From a bacterium (GTDB taxonomy: Bacteria; Desulfobacterota; Anaeroferrophillalia; Anaeroferrophillales; Anaeroferrophillaceae), in assembly GCA_029940125.1 (NCBI GenBank), contig JAOZRP010000001.1, positions 1 through 32,316 of the forward strand: 32,316 nucleotides of DNA, given 5' to 3'. A program made the position numbers and the translations under genes. Position 1 is the stretch's first letter, and every line of letters begins with the position of its first letter. Positions 17,090 to 26,292 of this stretch are shown piece by piece. The notes beneath the pieces are model-generated. The model had not been told where the DNA came from. It saw only the letters and a list, made by a program, of their open reading frames with translations, and did no database searches.

Positions 17090-18463
17090 TCAAGACGCCA
17101 CCAGGGTGTGCCCCACTTTATTGATGTCCCCGGCCCCCAGGGTCACCAGCACCTGATCGTCCCGCAGGCTGTCCTGCAGGTAGCTGACGATGGCCGGCTG
17201 GTCGGCAAAATAGCGGACATTTTTATGGCCGTGAAGCTTGATTTCTTCCGCCAGATGTTCAGCGCTAATACCCTCAATAGGCACCTCGCCGGCCGGGTAA
17301 ATAGCGGTTACCAGCAACTCATCCGCCTCGTTGAAAGCGACCAGGAAATCGGCAAAAAGGTGCTTGGTCCTGGTATAACGGTGCGGCTGAAAGACCACCA
17401 CCAGCCGGCGATCCGGAAACGCCTGCCGCAAAGCTCCCAGCGTGGCAATAATTTCCGTGGGGTGGTGGCCGTAGTCATCGATAACGATCGCCCCCCGGTA
17501 TTCACCCACTATCTGCAGCCGCCGCTGCACGCCGCTGAACTGCCGCAAATTGCGCCGGATCAGCCCAAAATCCAGTCCCATCTCGAGACCGGCGGCAATG
17601 GCCGCCAGGGCGTTCTGGACATAATGACGGCCGGGCAGAGCGATGGTTACCTCACCCAGTTCCTGTTCACCGGCCATGACGGTAAAGGAGCTGTTCATGC
17701 CCTCGATAAGCACTTTTATCGCCCGCAGGTCGGCCTGGGGGCTGAAGCCATAGGTGCAGAGACGGCGGCTGATCCGGGGAATGATTTCCTGCACCCGGGG
17801 ATCGTCAAGACAGACAATGACCAGGCCGTAAAAGGGCACCTTGTTGGCAAAGGCCACGAAAGCATCCTCAATTTCCGCCACCCCTCCCTGGTAGTGGTCC
17901 AGGTGTTCCCGGTCAATATTGGTGATCATGGCAATAATGGGAGAAAGGTAAAGGAAGGAGCCGTCACTTTCATCCGCCTCCGCCACCATGATTTCTCCCT
18001 GCCCCAGCCGGGCACTGCTTTTGAGGCTGTTCAGGCGGCCGCCAATGACGATGGTCGGATCGAGGTCCGTATCCGCCAGCATGGTGGCAATCATCGAGGT
18101 GGTGGTGGTTTTTCCATGGGTGCCGGCCACTGCCACCCCGTATTTGAGCCGCATCAGCTCCGCCAGCATTTCGGCCCGGGGAATAACCGGGATGGACCGC
18201 TCCAGCGCCTCCACCACCTCGGGATTATCATCCTTGACGGCGGTAGAACGCACAACCACTTCAACATCCCCCACATGCTGCCGGGAATGGCCGTGATAAA
18301 CCTTTGCTCCCAGTTCCTCGAGCCTTTCGGTCACCGGCGTCTGCTGCAGATCGGAACCCGAAACCTGGTAGCCGAGATTCAGCAGCACCTCGGCGATGCC
18401 GCTCATGCCGCTGCCGCCAATGCCGATAAAGTGAATCCGTTTAACCCGGTGGCGCATTTTCAT
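17090..18463 (-). CDS. murC: UDP-N-acetylmuramate--L-alanine ligase
   Basis: 457 aa with IHFIGIGGSGMSGIAEVL and VAGTHGKTTTTSM. ATGA overlap with the murG stop. Confidence 0.95.
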   Translation of the reverse strand: MKMRHRVKRIHFIGIGGSGMSGIAEVLLNLGYQVSGSDLQQTPVTERLEELGAKVYHGHSRQHVGDVEVVVRSTAVKDDNPEVVEALERSIPVIPRAEMLAELMRLKYGVAVAGTHGKTTTTSMIATMLADTDLDPTIVIGGRLNSLKSSARLGQGEIMVAEADESDGSFLYLSPIIAMITNIDREHLDHYQGGVAEIEDAFVAFANKVPFYGLVIVCLDDPRVQEIIPRISRRLCTYGFSPQADLRAIKVLIEGMNSSFTVMAGEQELGEVTIALPGRHYVQNALAAIAAGLEMGLDFGLIRRNLRQFSGVQRRLQIVGEYRGAIVIDDYGHHPTEIIATLGALRQAFPDRRLVVVFQPHRYTRTKHLFADFLVAFNEADELLVTAIYPAGEVPIEGISAEHLAEEIKLHGHKNVRYFADQPAIVSYLQDSLRDDQVLVTLGAGDINKVGHTLVAS

Positions 18464-19575
18464 CCTGCTGCTCCTTCGCTATCGGTACACCCCACGATCC
18501 GGAGGCAGTCGTCAACGATCCGGGCCGCCGCTTGGGGACGTCCCAGGCCGGCAGCCGCCTTGGCCATCCGCCGGCGACGGTCGGGATCCCGGTACAACTC
18601 GGTCAACACCGCCGCCAGATCCCCGGCATTCAATTCCTGGTCGTCAACCATCACTGCCGCTCCCTTTTCCACCAGCACCCGGGCATTGAACCGCTGATGA
18701 TCATGGGCGGCATGGGGATAAGGAACCAGGATCGCCGGCCGGCCAACCAGGGCCAGCTCCGCCAGGGTCAGGGCCCCGGCCCGGCAGATTACCAGGTCGG
18801 CCGCCGCATACCGTTCGCCCATGTCCGCGAAAAATTCTTCCACTTCCGCCGGAACGCCGCTGTCCTCATATGCCTGCCGCACCTGGTCGCGATCCCGGCT
18901 GCCGGTCTGATGAACGACCCGAACCGGAACGCCGGCATCTTTCAGCCTGGCCAGCGCCGCGGGCACTGTCTGGTTGAGAGACCGGGCCCCCAGGCTGCCG
19001 CCAATAACCAAGATGGCAAAGGCAGCCGCGTCACCGGCCGCAGGCTCCACACCCAGGGGAAAATCCGCCCGCACCGGGTTGCCGGCATTGATAATCTTCC
19101 GACTGCGCAGTTTCTTCTCGGCCGGTTCAAAAGCGGTAAAAACGGCGGCGGCAAAGGGAGCCAGGCAACGGTTTGCCAGCCCGGGAAAGGCATTTTGCTC
19201 CTGGATCACCAGGGGGATGCCGGCCAGGCCGGCCGCCACCAGGACCGGGGCGCTGGCATAACCGCCCAAGCCCACCACCAGGTCCGGCTGGTAGCGGACC
19301 AGGAGCACCAGGGCCTGGACCAGGGCCCGGGGCAATAAAGCAATGACTTTCAAGCGATGCAGCAGCCCCTTGCCCACCAAACCCCCTATTTTAATAAAAA
19401 CCAGGCGGTAGCCCAGCGGCGGAATGACCCGGGCTTCCAGGCCCTTCCTGGTCCCGGCAAAAATTATCTCCACCTCGGGAAAGCGCCGCTGGAACTCCTG
19501 GGCCAGGGCGATCCCGGGAAACAGGTGGCCGCCGGTTCCCCCGCCAGCAAACATGATTGTTTTCAGCTCCAACAT
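18460..19575 (-). CDS. murG: UDP-GlcNAc:lipid I N-acetylglucosaminyltransferase MurG
   Basis: FAGGGTGGHLFPGIALA motif. The ORF-track start (19581) is TTG and overlaps the ftsW stop. The first ATG is at 19575. Confidence 0.93.
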   Translation of the reverse strand: MLELKTIMFAGGGTGGHLFPGIALAQEFQRRFPEVEIIFAGTRKGLEARVIPPLGYRLVFIKIGGLVGKGLLHRLKVIALLPRALVQALVLLVRYQPDLVVGLGGYASAPVLVAAGLAGIPLVIQEQNAFPGLANRCLAPFAAAVFTAFEPAEKKLRSRKIINAGNPVRADFPLGVEPAAGDAAAFAILVIGGSLGARSLNQTVPAALARLKDAGVPVRVVHQTGSRDRDQVRQAYEDSGVPAEVEEFFADMGERYAAADLVICRAGALTLAELALVGRPAILVPYPHAAHDHQRFNARVLVEKGAAVMVDDQELNAGDLAAVLTELYRDPDRRRRMAKAAAGLGRPQAAARIVDDCLRIVGCTDSEGAAG

Positions 19576-19577
19576 GT

Positions 19578-20696
19578 TCAATATCCCGGAGACGGCCGAC
19601 GCTTGGCGACCGCCCCCTCCTGACGGCAGACATTCATCAAAATTCCCACCGCGGTAAAACTGGTCAACAGGGAAGTACCCCCGTAGCTGAGAAACGGATA
19701 GGTCAAACCCTTGGTGGGCAGTACGCCCATGGTGACCCCCATATTGACCAGCATCTGCACCACCACCAAAAACGTCAGGCCCACGGCCAGCAGCATGCCG
19801 AAACGATCCCGGCTGGCCAGGGCGATCCGCAGACCGGTGGCCAGAAAGACCAGCACGGCCACAACCAGGAAGCAGATGCCCAGAAAGCCCAGTTCCTCGC
19901 CAATGGTCGCCACGATAAAATCCGTATGGGGCTCGGGCAGGAAGAAAAGCTTCTGCTTGCCGTCCCCCAGACCAACGCCGTTAATGCCGCCAACCCCGAT
20001 GGCCATCATCGACTGGATCACCTGGAAGCCGCTGCCCAGCGGGTCTTTCCAGGGATCAAGAAAGGTCATGATCCTTTTCAGGCGGTAGGGAGAGCGGTAG
20101 ACCACCAGGGCAATGGCCGGCAGGGCCAGCAGGCCCAGGGAAAGCAGGTGCACCAGCCTGGCACCGCCGATCCAGCACAGCATGACCACCAGCAGCAGGA
20201 TCAGCACGGAGGTGCCAAAATCCGGCTCCATCATCAGCAGGCCGATAAAGAGCAGCAGAACCAGCAGGGGCGGCAGCAGGCCCCGCTTGAAATCCTGCAG
20301 TTCATTGTCGGGGTTGGCCAGGTAGGAGCCGATATAGATGACCATCACCAGCTTGCACAACTCTCCCGGTTGAATGGTAAAGAACGGCGTATGCAGCCAG
20401 CGGGTCGCCCCGCCCGCCTGGTGGCCGAAGCCGGGCACCAGGACGATGACCAGCAGCAGCAGGTTGAGAATCAGCAGGGGAGCGCACAACCTGGCCCACC
20501 AGTGGTAGTCTATCCGCCGGCAGACCAGCAGGGCAACCCATCCCAGGCCCAGGAAAACCAGCTGCCGGGCCAGGAAGTAGTAGCTGTAGCCGTATTTATC
20601 CCGGGCCAGCACGGCGCTGGCGCTGAAAATCATCAAAGCACCCAGGAAAACCAGGCTGCCAACCACCAGTAAAAGGATGATTTCCTTGCGTTTCAT
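19578..20696 (-). CDS. ftsW: SEDS-family peptidoglycan polymerase / lipid II flippase FtsW
   Basis: 372-aa polytopic membrane protein with SEDS-like segments (PEPHTDFIVATIGEELGF, LPTKGLTYPFLSYGGTSL). Its ATG directly abuts the murD stop. Confidence 0.92.
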   Translation of the reverse strand: MKRKEIILLLVVGSLVFLGALMIFSASAVLARDKYGYSYYFLARQLVFLGLGWVALLVCRRIDYHWWARLCAPLLILNLLLLVIVLVPGFGHQAGGATRWLHTPFFTIQPGELCKLVMVIYIGSYLANPDNELQDFKRGLLPPLLVLLLFIGLLMMEPDFGTSVLILLLVVMLCWIGGARLVHLLSLGLLALPAIALVVYRSPYRLKRIMTFLDPWKDPLGSGFQVIQSMMAIGVGGINGVGLGDGKQKLFFLPEPHTDFIVATIGEELGFLGICFLVVAVLVFLATGLRIALASRDRFGMLLAVGLTFLVVVQMLVNMGVTMGVLPTKGLTYPFLSYGGTSLLTSFTAVGILMNVCRQEGAVAKRRPSPGY

Positions 20697-22151
20697 CTAA
20701 TCCCGACTTCCGCTTCCAAGTGCATGAACTATATTGATGAAGGCTTGGCCACGCTGTTTATAACTGGAAAACTCGTCAAAACTGGCACAGCCCGGGGAAA
20801 GAAGCACCACGTCGCCGGGGTGGGCCAGGCGGCTGCCGGCCACCACGGCTTCCTCAAGATTTTCGGCCTTCGGCCCGCAAAAATGGGGCAGCTGCCGGAC
20901 AACCAGCCCGGCCGCTTCGCCGAACGGGACAATCTCCCTGACCCGCCCGCCGAGCACCTCTTCCAGGTCGCTGAATTGTGCCCCTTTATCCCGGCCGCCC
21001 AGCAGCAGAACCACCGGCTGGTCAAAACTGACAATGGCTTTAGCCACCGCGTCAAGGTTGGTGGCCTTGGAATCGTTGACATAGTCAACGTCCGCCACCC
21101 GGGCCACATATTCCAGCCGGTGCGGCAAGCCGCTGAACGAAGCCAGCGACGTCAGCATGCCTTCCGGCTCCAAGCCGAAAATCAAACCGACCATGAACGC
21201 CGCCAGCATGTTGCTGCGGTTATGTTCCCCGGCAAGCTTCAGCGGCGGCGCCGACAAGTCAAGGTCACGCCCGGCGCCGTCTGTACCGGGCAGGCAGCAG
21301 CGGATGCGCTGCCCGACAAAGCTTCCCCCCAGCTCCAGCTCCGCCCGGCAGCTGAACGGCAGGGGTCGGGATATTTCCTCCCCATCCCGCCAGCGTTCCT
21401 CCAGTTGCCGGTACTGCAGATTCAGGCGGTCGTCATCGACATTCAGCAGGAGAAAATCCGAGCGCTGCTGGTTGGCGCTGATATTCATCTTCGCGGCCAG
21501 ATAGGCATCTTCATCACGGTAGCGGTCCTGGTGGTCCGGGGTCACGTTGAGCACCACCGCCACCCGGGGACGGAAATGAACCACTCCCTCCAGTTGGAAG
21601 CTGCTCAGCTCCAAAATCCCCAGCTCCCAGTCCGCATCCGGCTGCAGCATGGCAACCGCCGGGGTGCCGATGTTGCCGCCGACAAAGGCCCGTCGACCGG
21701 CAGCCTTGAACATCTCTCCCAGCAGGGTTACCGTCGTCGTCTTGCCGTTGGTGCCGGTCAGGCCGACCAGCGGCTCCCGGATAAACCGGCTGGCCAGTTC
21801 AATCTCGCCGACCACCGGGATGTTTTCAGTCCTGGCCTGCCGCAGCACCTCCAGGGACCAGGGCACCCCGGGACTGACAACGATCAGATCCTGCTGCCGG
21901 AACAAGGATGATGAATGGCCGCCAGTCTCCAATTCAGCCAGCGGCAGTTCTTTCAACTCTGCAAGGACATCCTCAAGCTCCGCGGCTGAACGATTGTCCG
22001 ATGCGGATACCAGGGCCCCCTGCCGACAGAGAAACCGGATCATTTCCAGACCGCTGACCCCCAGCCCGACAACCAGGACTTTCTTGCCCTGCAGGGCGTA
22101 ATCGCCTGTCTCCACAGACTCGTTCATCGTTACCGGCTTCACCCCGTCCAT
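20697..22151 (-). CDS. murD: UDP-N-acetylmuramoylalanine--D-glutamate ligase
   Basis: VLVVGLGVSGLE and GLTGTNGKTTTVTLL motifs. The start is uncertain. The ORF-track start at 22223 is a TTG immediately after an in-frame stop. The ATG at 22151 has a GGGAGA Shine-Dalgarno. The ATG at 22127 is also possible. Confidence 0.9.
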   Translation of the reverse strand: MDGVKPVTMNESVETGDYALQGKKVLVVGLGVSGLEMIRFLCRQGALVSASDNRSAAELEDVLAELKELPLAELETGGHSSSLFRQQDLIVVSPGVPWSLEVLRQARTENIPVVGEIELASRFIREPLVGLTGTNGKTTTVTLLGEMFKAAGRRAFVGGNIGTPAVAMLQPDADWELGILELSSFQLEGVVHFRPRVAVVLNVTPDHQDRYRDEDAYLAAKMNISANQQRSDFLLLNVDDDRLNLQYRQLEERWRDGEEISRPLPFSCRAELELGGSFVGQRIRCCLPGTDGAGRDLDLSAPPLKLAGEHNRSNMLAAFMVGLIFGLEPEGMLTSLASFSGLPHRLEYVARVADVDYVNDSKATNLDAVAKAIVSFDQPVVLLLGGRDKGAQFSDLEEVLGGRVREIVPFGEAAGLVVRQLPHFCGPKAENLEEAVVAGSRLAHPGDVVLLSPGCASFDEFSSYKQRGQAFINIVHALGSGSRD

Positions 22152-22226
22152 CACAGGATTTTCTCCCAAAAGATCTTCAGCCGCATTCACATCAATATCT
22201 CCAGTCAATGTCGCGTACGACAATCA

Positions 22227-23303
22227 TCAGCGCAGTTTCAGCGTACTCAAGGCTAGCAGGGACAACATGATCGAAATAATCCAGAACCTGACAATCACCT
22301 TCGGCTCCGCCCAGCCTTTCAATTCAAAATGGTGGTGCAGCGGCGCCATGCGGAAAACCCGTTTGCCAATCAGCTTGAACGAGGCCACCTGGATGATGAC
22401 CGAAAGGGTTTCCAGCACGAAGATCCCTCCCACCAGCATCAGCACGATTTCCTGCTTGGTCATCACCGCCACCGCGCCCAGGCAGCTGCCCAGCGACAAA
22501 GATCCCACATCACCCATGAAAATGTCGGCCGGATAGGTATTAAACCAGAGAAATCCCAACAGGGAACCCACCATGGCCCCGCAAAAGATGGCCAGTTCCC
22601 CTACTCCCGGGAGGTAAACAATCTGCAAATAGCCTGACAGCAGGCGGTGCCCGGCCAGGTAGGCAAAAATCAGGTAGACACTGAAGGCAATAATTGACGG
22701 GCCGGTCGCCAGTCCGTCCAGCCCATCGGTCAGGTTCACGGCATTGGAAGCACCAACCACCACCAGGACGGCAAAAGGGATGTACCAGCAGCCCAGATCG
22801 GGAACCACCCGCTTCAAAAACGGCATCATCAAAGTGGACGGGTAGGAAGGCAGCAGGTAGAGGCAGGTGCTGAACAGGCCGGCGATCAGAATCTGCAGGC
22901 CGAATTTCTTCCTGGCCGACAAGCCCTTTGAATTCCTGTGAACCATCTTGCGGTAGTCATCCACGAAGCCGACGGCGCCGAAAGCCAGGGCCACCAGCAC
23001 CACCAGCCAGAGATAGATGTTGGTCAGGTTTCCCCACAACAGGGTGGAAACCACGGCTGAAAACAGGATCAACACCCCGCCCATGGTCGGGGTTCCGGCT
23101 TTTTTCAGGTGGGATTCGGGACCATCATCACGAACCACCTGGCCGATATGCAGCTTGCGCAGCCAGCTGATGATTTTGGGCCCGAGATAGAACGCCAGGA
23201 CAACGGCCGTAAGGCTGGCGTAAATGGTCCGGAAAGAGATGTATTTAAAAACATTGAACAGGGACCAGAAATGATGCAGGGGATAGAGAAGATGATAAAT
23301 CAC
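22227..23303 (-). CDS. mraY: Phospho-N-acetylmuramoyl-pentapeptide transferase
   Basis: 358 aa, polytopic, with [13 protein letters not shown] and [10 protein letters not shown] motifs. GTG start overlapping the murF stop (GTGA). Confidence 0.95.
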   Translation of the reverse strand: MIYHLLYPLHHFWSLFNVFKYISFRTIYASLTAVVLAFYLGPKIISWLRKLHIGQVVRDDGPESHLKKAGTPTMGGVLILFSAVVSTLLWGNLTNIYLWLVVLVALAFGAVGFVDDYRKMVHRNSKGLSARKKFGLQILIAGLFSTCLYLLPSYPSTLMMPFLKRVVPDLGCWYIPFAVLVVVGASNAVNLTDGLDGLATGPSIIAFSVYLIFAYLAGHRLLSGYLQIVYLPGVGELAIFCGAMVGSLLGFLWFNTYPADIFMGDVGSLSLGSCLGAVAVMTKQEIVLMLVGGIFVLETLSVIIQVASFKLIGKRVFRMAPLHHHFELKGWAEPKVIVRFWIISIMLSLLALSTLKLR

Positions 23304-24769
23304 GAGTTTGCTCCCCCCTCTGCCAGCAGGCGCTCCACCAGTTTATCCATGGCCATCCCCCGGGAGCCCTTGACCAGAATCAGGCAGCGGTCGGCAAGCC
23401 GCCGGCAGACGTTTTCCAACAGGTCGTCCTCCTGGCCAACCACAAAAGAAAGGACGCGGCTTTCCGGCATGCCGGCGGCAAGGGCCGCATGGGCCGTTTC
23501 CTGACTGCGGTCACCATAGGTAACCAGCAGGTCCGGCCGCACCCGGGCGGCGGCGGCGCCCACCCGGGCATGGAGGCTGGCGGAATTTTCACCCAGTTCG
23601 AACATGTCTCCCAGAATCGCAACGGCATAATCATCGCCGCGCATCTCACTTAAAACCTGTAGTGACGCTTCCATGGAGGCGGGATTGGCATTATAGCTGT
23701 CGTCAATCACCACCCGGCCCGGGACCGGCTCGTAGACAGCCAGACGGCCAGCGGGTACCGACACCTGCGAAAGGCCTTGGCTGATTTCTGCCAGGGAAAG
23801 CCCTTCCTGCCGACCAACCTCGGCCGCCAGCAGGGCGTTCATGACGTTGTGACGTCCCCACAACGGCAGGGAAACCGGTTGAAACTCAGAAGTCGTGCCC
23901 AGGGAAAACCGCATCCCGGAAGCTGTGATTTCCAAGCCCTCAACCTGCAGTCCGCTACTGCTGCTGCTGCCGCTGTTGAGCGATACCGGCACCAGCTTCC
24001 AGTCCTTCTTTCCCGCGGCTTTCCGGGAAACCAATTCACTCAGGCGGCGGTCATCGGCATTGTAAACAATATATCCCCCATCCCGCAGCCCCTGGAAAAT
24101 CTCTCCCTTGGCCATCGCCACGTCATTGATGCTACCCAGACCTTCGAGGTGAGCCTCGGCCACATTGGTCAGGACCACCCCGTGGGGACGGGTAACGGCC
24201 GCCAGGCGGGCGATCTCCCCGGGGCGGTTCATCCCCAGTTCCAGCACCACGGCCTGATGGTGTTTTTTAGCTTCGAGGATCGTCAACGGCACCCCGATCA
24301 GGTTGTTCAGGTTTTCCCGGTTGCCATGCACTTCCAAATTCCGGGACAATATCCCGAGGATCATTTCCCGGGTCGTGGTTTTACCGTTCGAGCCGGTTAC
24401 GGCAATCACCCTGACATCCAGGTGACGCAGCCACCAGGCGGCCAGGTCGCCAAGGGCCAGCAGGGTATCCGCCACCGAAAAGAAAGATACTTCCGGACAG
24501 CTTTCAGACAACTCCCGCAGGTTCACGGAAGCATGCTCCACCACCAGCGCCGCCGCCCCGGCGTCGACCGCCTGGAAGATGAAATTGTGGCCGTCAAATT
24601 TTTCTCCCCGCAGGCAGAAAAACAAGTGGCCGGGTTCTATCCGGCGGCTGTCCGTGCAAACGCCGGAAATCACCAGTTTTTCATCGGCTGCCGACGGCTG
24701 GCCGCAGCCAAGCGCCTGACGTATCTGGAAACCGGTCAAAACAATCTCCGGCACCGGAACCATACTCAT
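23300..24769 (-). CDS. murF: UDP-MurNAc-tripeptide--D-alanyl-D-alanine ligase
   Basis: 489 aa Mur ligase with [13 protein letters not shown]. Canonical position between murE and mraY. ATGA overlap with murE. Confidence 0.93.
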   Translation of the reverse strand: MSMVPVPEIVLTGFQIRQALGCGQPSAADEKLVISGVCTDSRRIEPGHLFFCLRGEKFDGHNFIFQAVDAGAAALVVEHASVNLRELSESCPEVSFFSVADTLLALGDLAAWWLRHLDVRVIAVTGSNGKTTTREMILGILSRNLEVHGNRENLNNLIGVPLTILEAKKHHQAVVLELGMNRPGEIARLAAVTRPHGVVLTNVAEAHLEGLGSINDVAMAKGEIFQGLRDGGYIVYNADDRRLSELVSRKAAGKKDWKLVPVSLNSGSSSSSGLQVEGLEITASGMRFSLGTTSEFQPVSLPLWGRHNVMNALLAAEVGRQEGLSLAEISQGLSQVSVPAGRLAVYEPVPGRVVIDDSYNANPASMEASLQVLSEMRGDDYAVAILGDMFELGENSASLHARVGAAAARVRPDLLVTYGDRSQETAHAALAAGMPESRVLSFVVGQEDDLLENVCRRLADRCLILVKGSRGMAMDKLVERLLAEGGANS

Positions 24770-26256
24770 GCGGCCAGCACCTCTTTCACCACCTGCACAT
24801 CATCGAAGGGCAGCCTCTGATCCCCGACCTGCTGGTAGGATTCATGGCCCTTGCCGGCAATCAGCAGCAGGTCGCCAGGCCGGCCGACGGCAATCAGGGC
24901 GGCGATGGCCCGCCGGCGATCTTTTTCGACCAGCACATCCCCGGAGAGGGTCATTCCGTCCAGAATGTCGGCAATAATCTGTTCCGGATCTTCATGCCGG
25001 GGATTGTCGCTGGTTACGACCACCAGATCGCTGTAGCGCTGGGCAATGCGGCCCATTTCCGGCCGCTTCCGCCGGTCGCGGTCGCCGCCGCAGCCGAACA
25101 GGGTCAGCAGGCGTCCTTCCCCAACACATTCCCGCAAGGACGACAAAACCTTTTCCAGGGCGTCGGGAGTATGGGCGTAATCAACCAGAATATGGAGATT
25201 CCGCTGGTTGGGCACCCGCTGCAGGCGGCCGGGAACCTGAGGGAAGCTTTCCAGGACCTCCAGCAACAAATCCATCATTCCGCCCAACTGCCTGGCGGCC
25301 GCCAGGGCAGCCAGAACATTGAGCACATTGAAGCGGCCGATCAGCGGTGAATGACACCGCCAGCGCTCTCCCGCCGCCTCAATGGTGAAAGTGGTGCCCC
25401 GGGATGAAAATTCCGGTTCCAGCGCCCTGAATTCAACTTCCGGCTCCAAGCCATAGGAAAGTTTGGGACCTTCCACTTCCCCCAACAGGCGCCGGCCCCA
25501 GGCATCATCCCCGTTGATCACTTTAAAAACCTTGCCGTCACAGCCGGTGAAAAGCTGCTTTTTGGCCTGGAAATAGGACTCCATTTCCCGGTGGTAATCC
25601 AGGTGTTCATGGCTGAGGTTGGTAAAAATCACCACCGAAAAAGGAATTTCAGCCGCCCGCTGCTGATCCAGGGCGTGGGAAGACACCTCCATTACACAGC
25701 AGGTCGTCCCTGCATCCACCATGCGCCGCAGCAAGGCCTGCAGTTCATCGGCCCCTGGCGTGGTGTGCGCTGCCGACTCTTCCAAACCGGCAAAACGGTA
25801 ATTTACCGTACTGACAACCCCCACCCGATGGCCAGCCCGGGTCAGCAGGTGCTCCAGCAGGTAGGCAATGGTCGTCTTGCCGTTGGTGCCGGTAATGCCG
25901 ACCATCACCAGGGAGCGGGCGGGAAAACCGTGCCAGCCGGCGGCCAGCCGGGCCAGGGAACGGCGGCTGTCCGGCACCAGGCAGAGAACCCGGCCAGCGG
26001 GCACGTTTTTTTTCCGGTGTTCAAACACGTCGCGACGGTCGACAACGACCGCTGCCGCCCCCCGCCGCCACGCTTCATCAATAAAATCATGGCCGTCCAC
26101 GACATTTCCCGCCACCGCGACAAACAGGCTGCCGCTGCTCACCTTTCGGGAATCAGCCAGCACCCCGGTAATCACAACGTCGTCGTCACCGATCCGGGCA
26201 ATGACGTCGTGATCGCCAAGCAGGTCGTTCAACGGCATGGATGGACGTTGATTCAT
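24766..26256 (-). CDS. murE: UDP-MurNAc-L-Ala-D-Glu--2,6-diaminopimelate ligase
   Basis: 496 aa with ITGTNGKTTIAYL and the DNPR motif (VVTSDNPRHEDP) associated with meso-DAP-adding MurE enzymes. Confidence 0.93.
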   Translation of the reverse strand: MNQRPSMPLNDLLGDHDVIARIGDDDVVITGVLADSRKVSSGSLFVAVAGNVVDGHDFIDEAWRRGAAAVVVDRRDVFEHRKKNVPAGRVLCLVPDSRRSLARLAAGWHGFPARSLVMVGITGTNGKTTIAYLLEHLLTRAGHRVGVVSTVNYRFAGLEESAAHTTPGADELQALLRRMVDAGTTCCVMEVSSHALDQQRAAEIPFSVVIFTNLSHEHLDYHREMESYFQAKKQLFTGCDGKVFKVINGDDAWGRRLLGEVEGPKLSYGLEPEVEFRALEPEFSSRGTTFTIEAAGERWRCHSPLIGRFNVLNVLAALAAARQLGGMMDLLLEVLESFPQVPGRLQRVPNQRNLHILVDYAHTPDALEKVLSSLRECVGEGRLLTLFGCGGDRDRRKRPEMGRIAQRYSDLVVVTSDNPRHEDPEQIIADILDGMTLSGDVLVEKDRRRAIAALIAVGRPGDLLLIAGKGHESYQQVGDQRLPFDDVQVVKEVLAA

Positions 26257-26292
26257 GTTATTTTGTTCTTTCTTTCATATTTCTGCCGCCGT

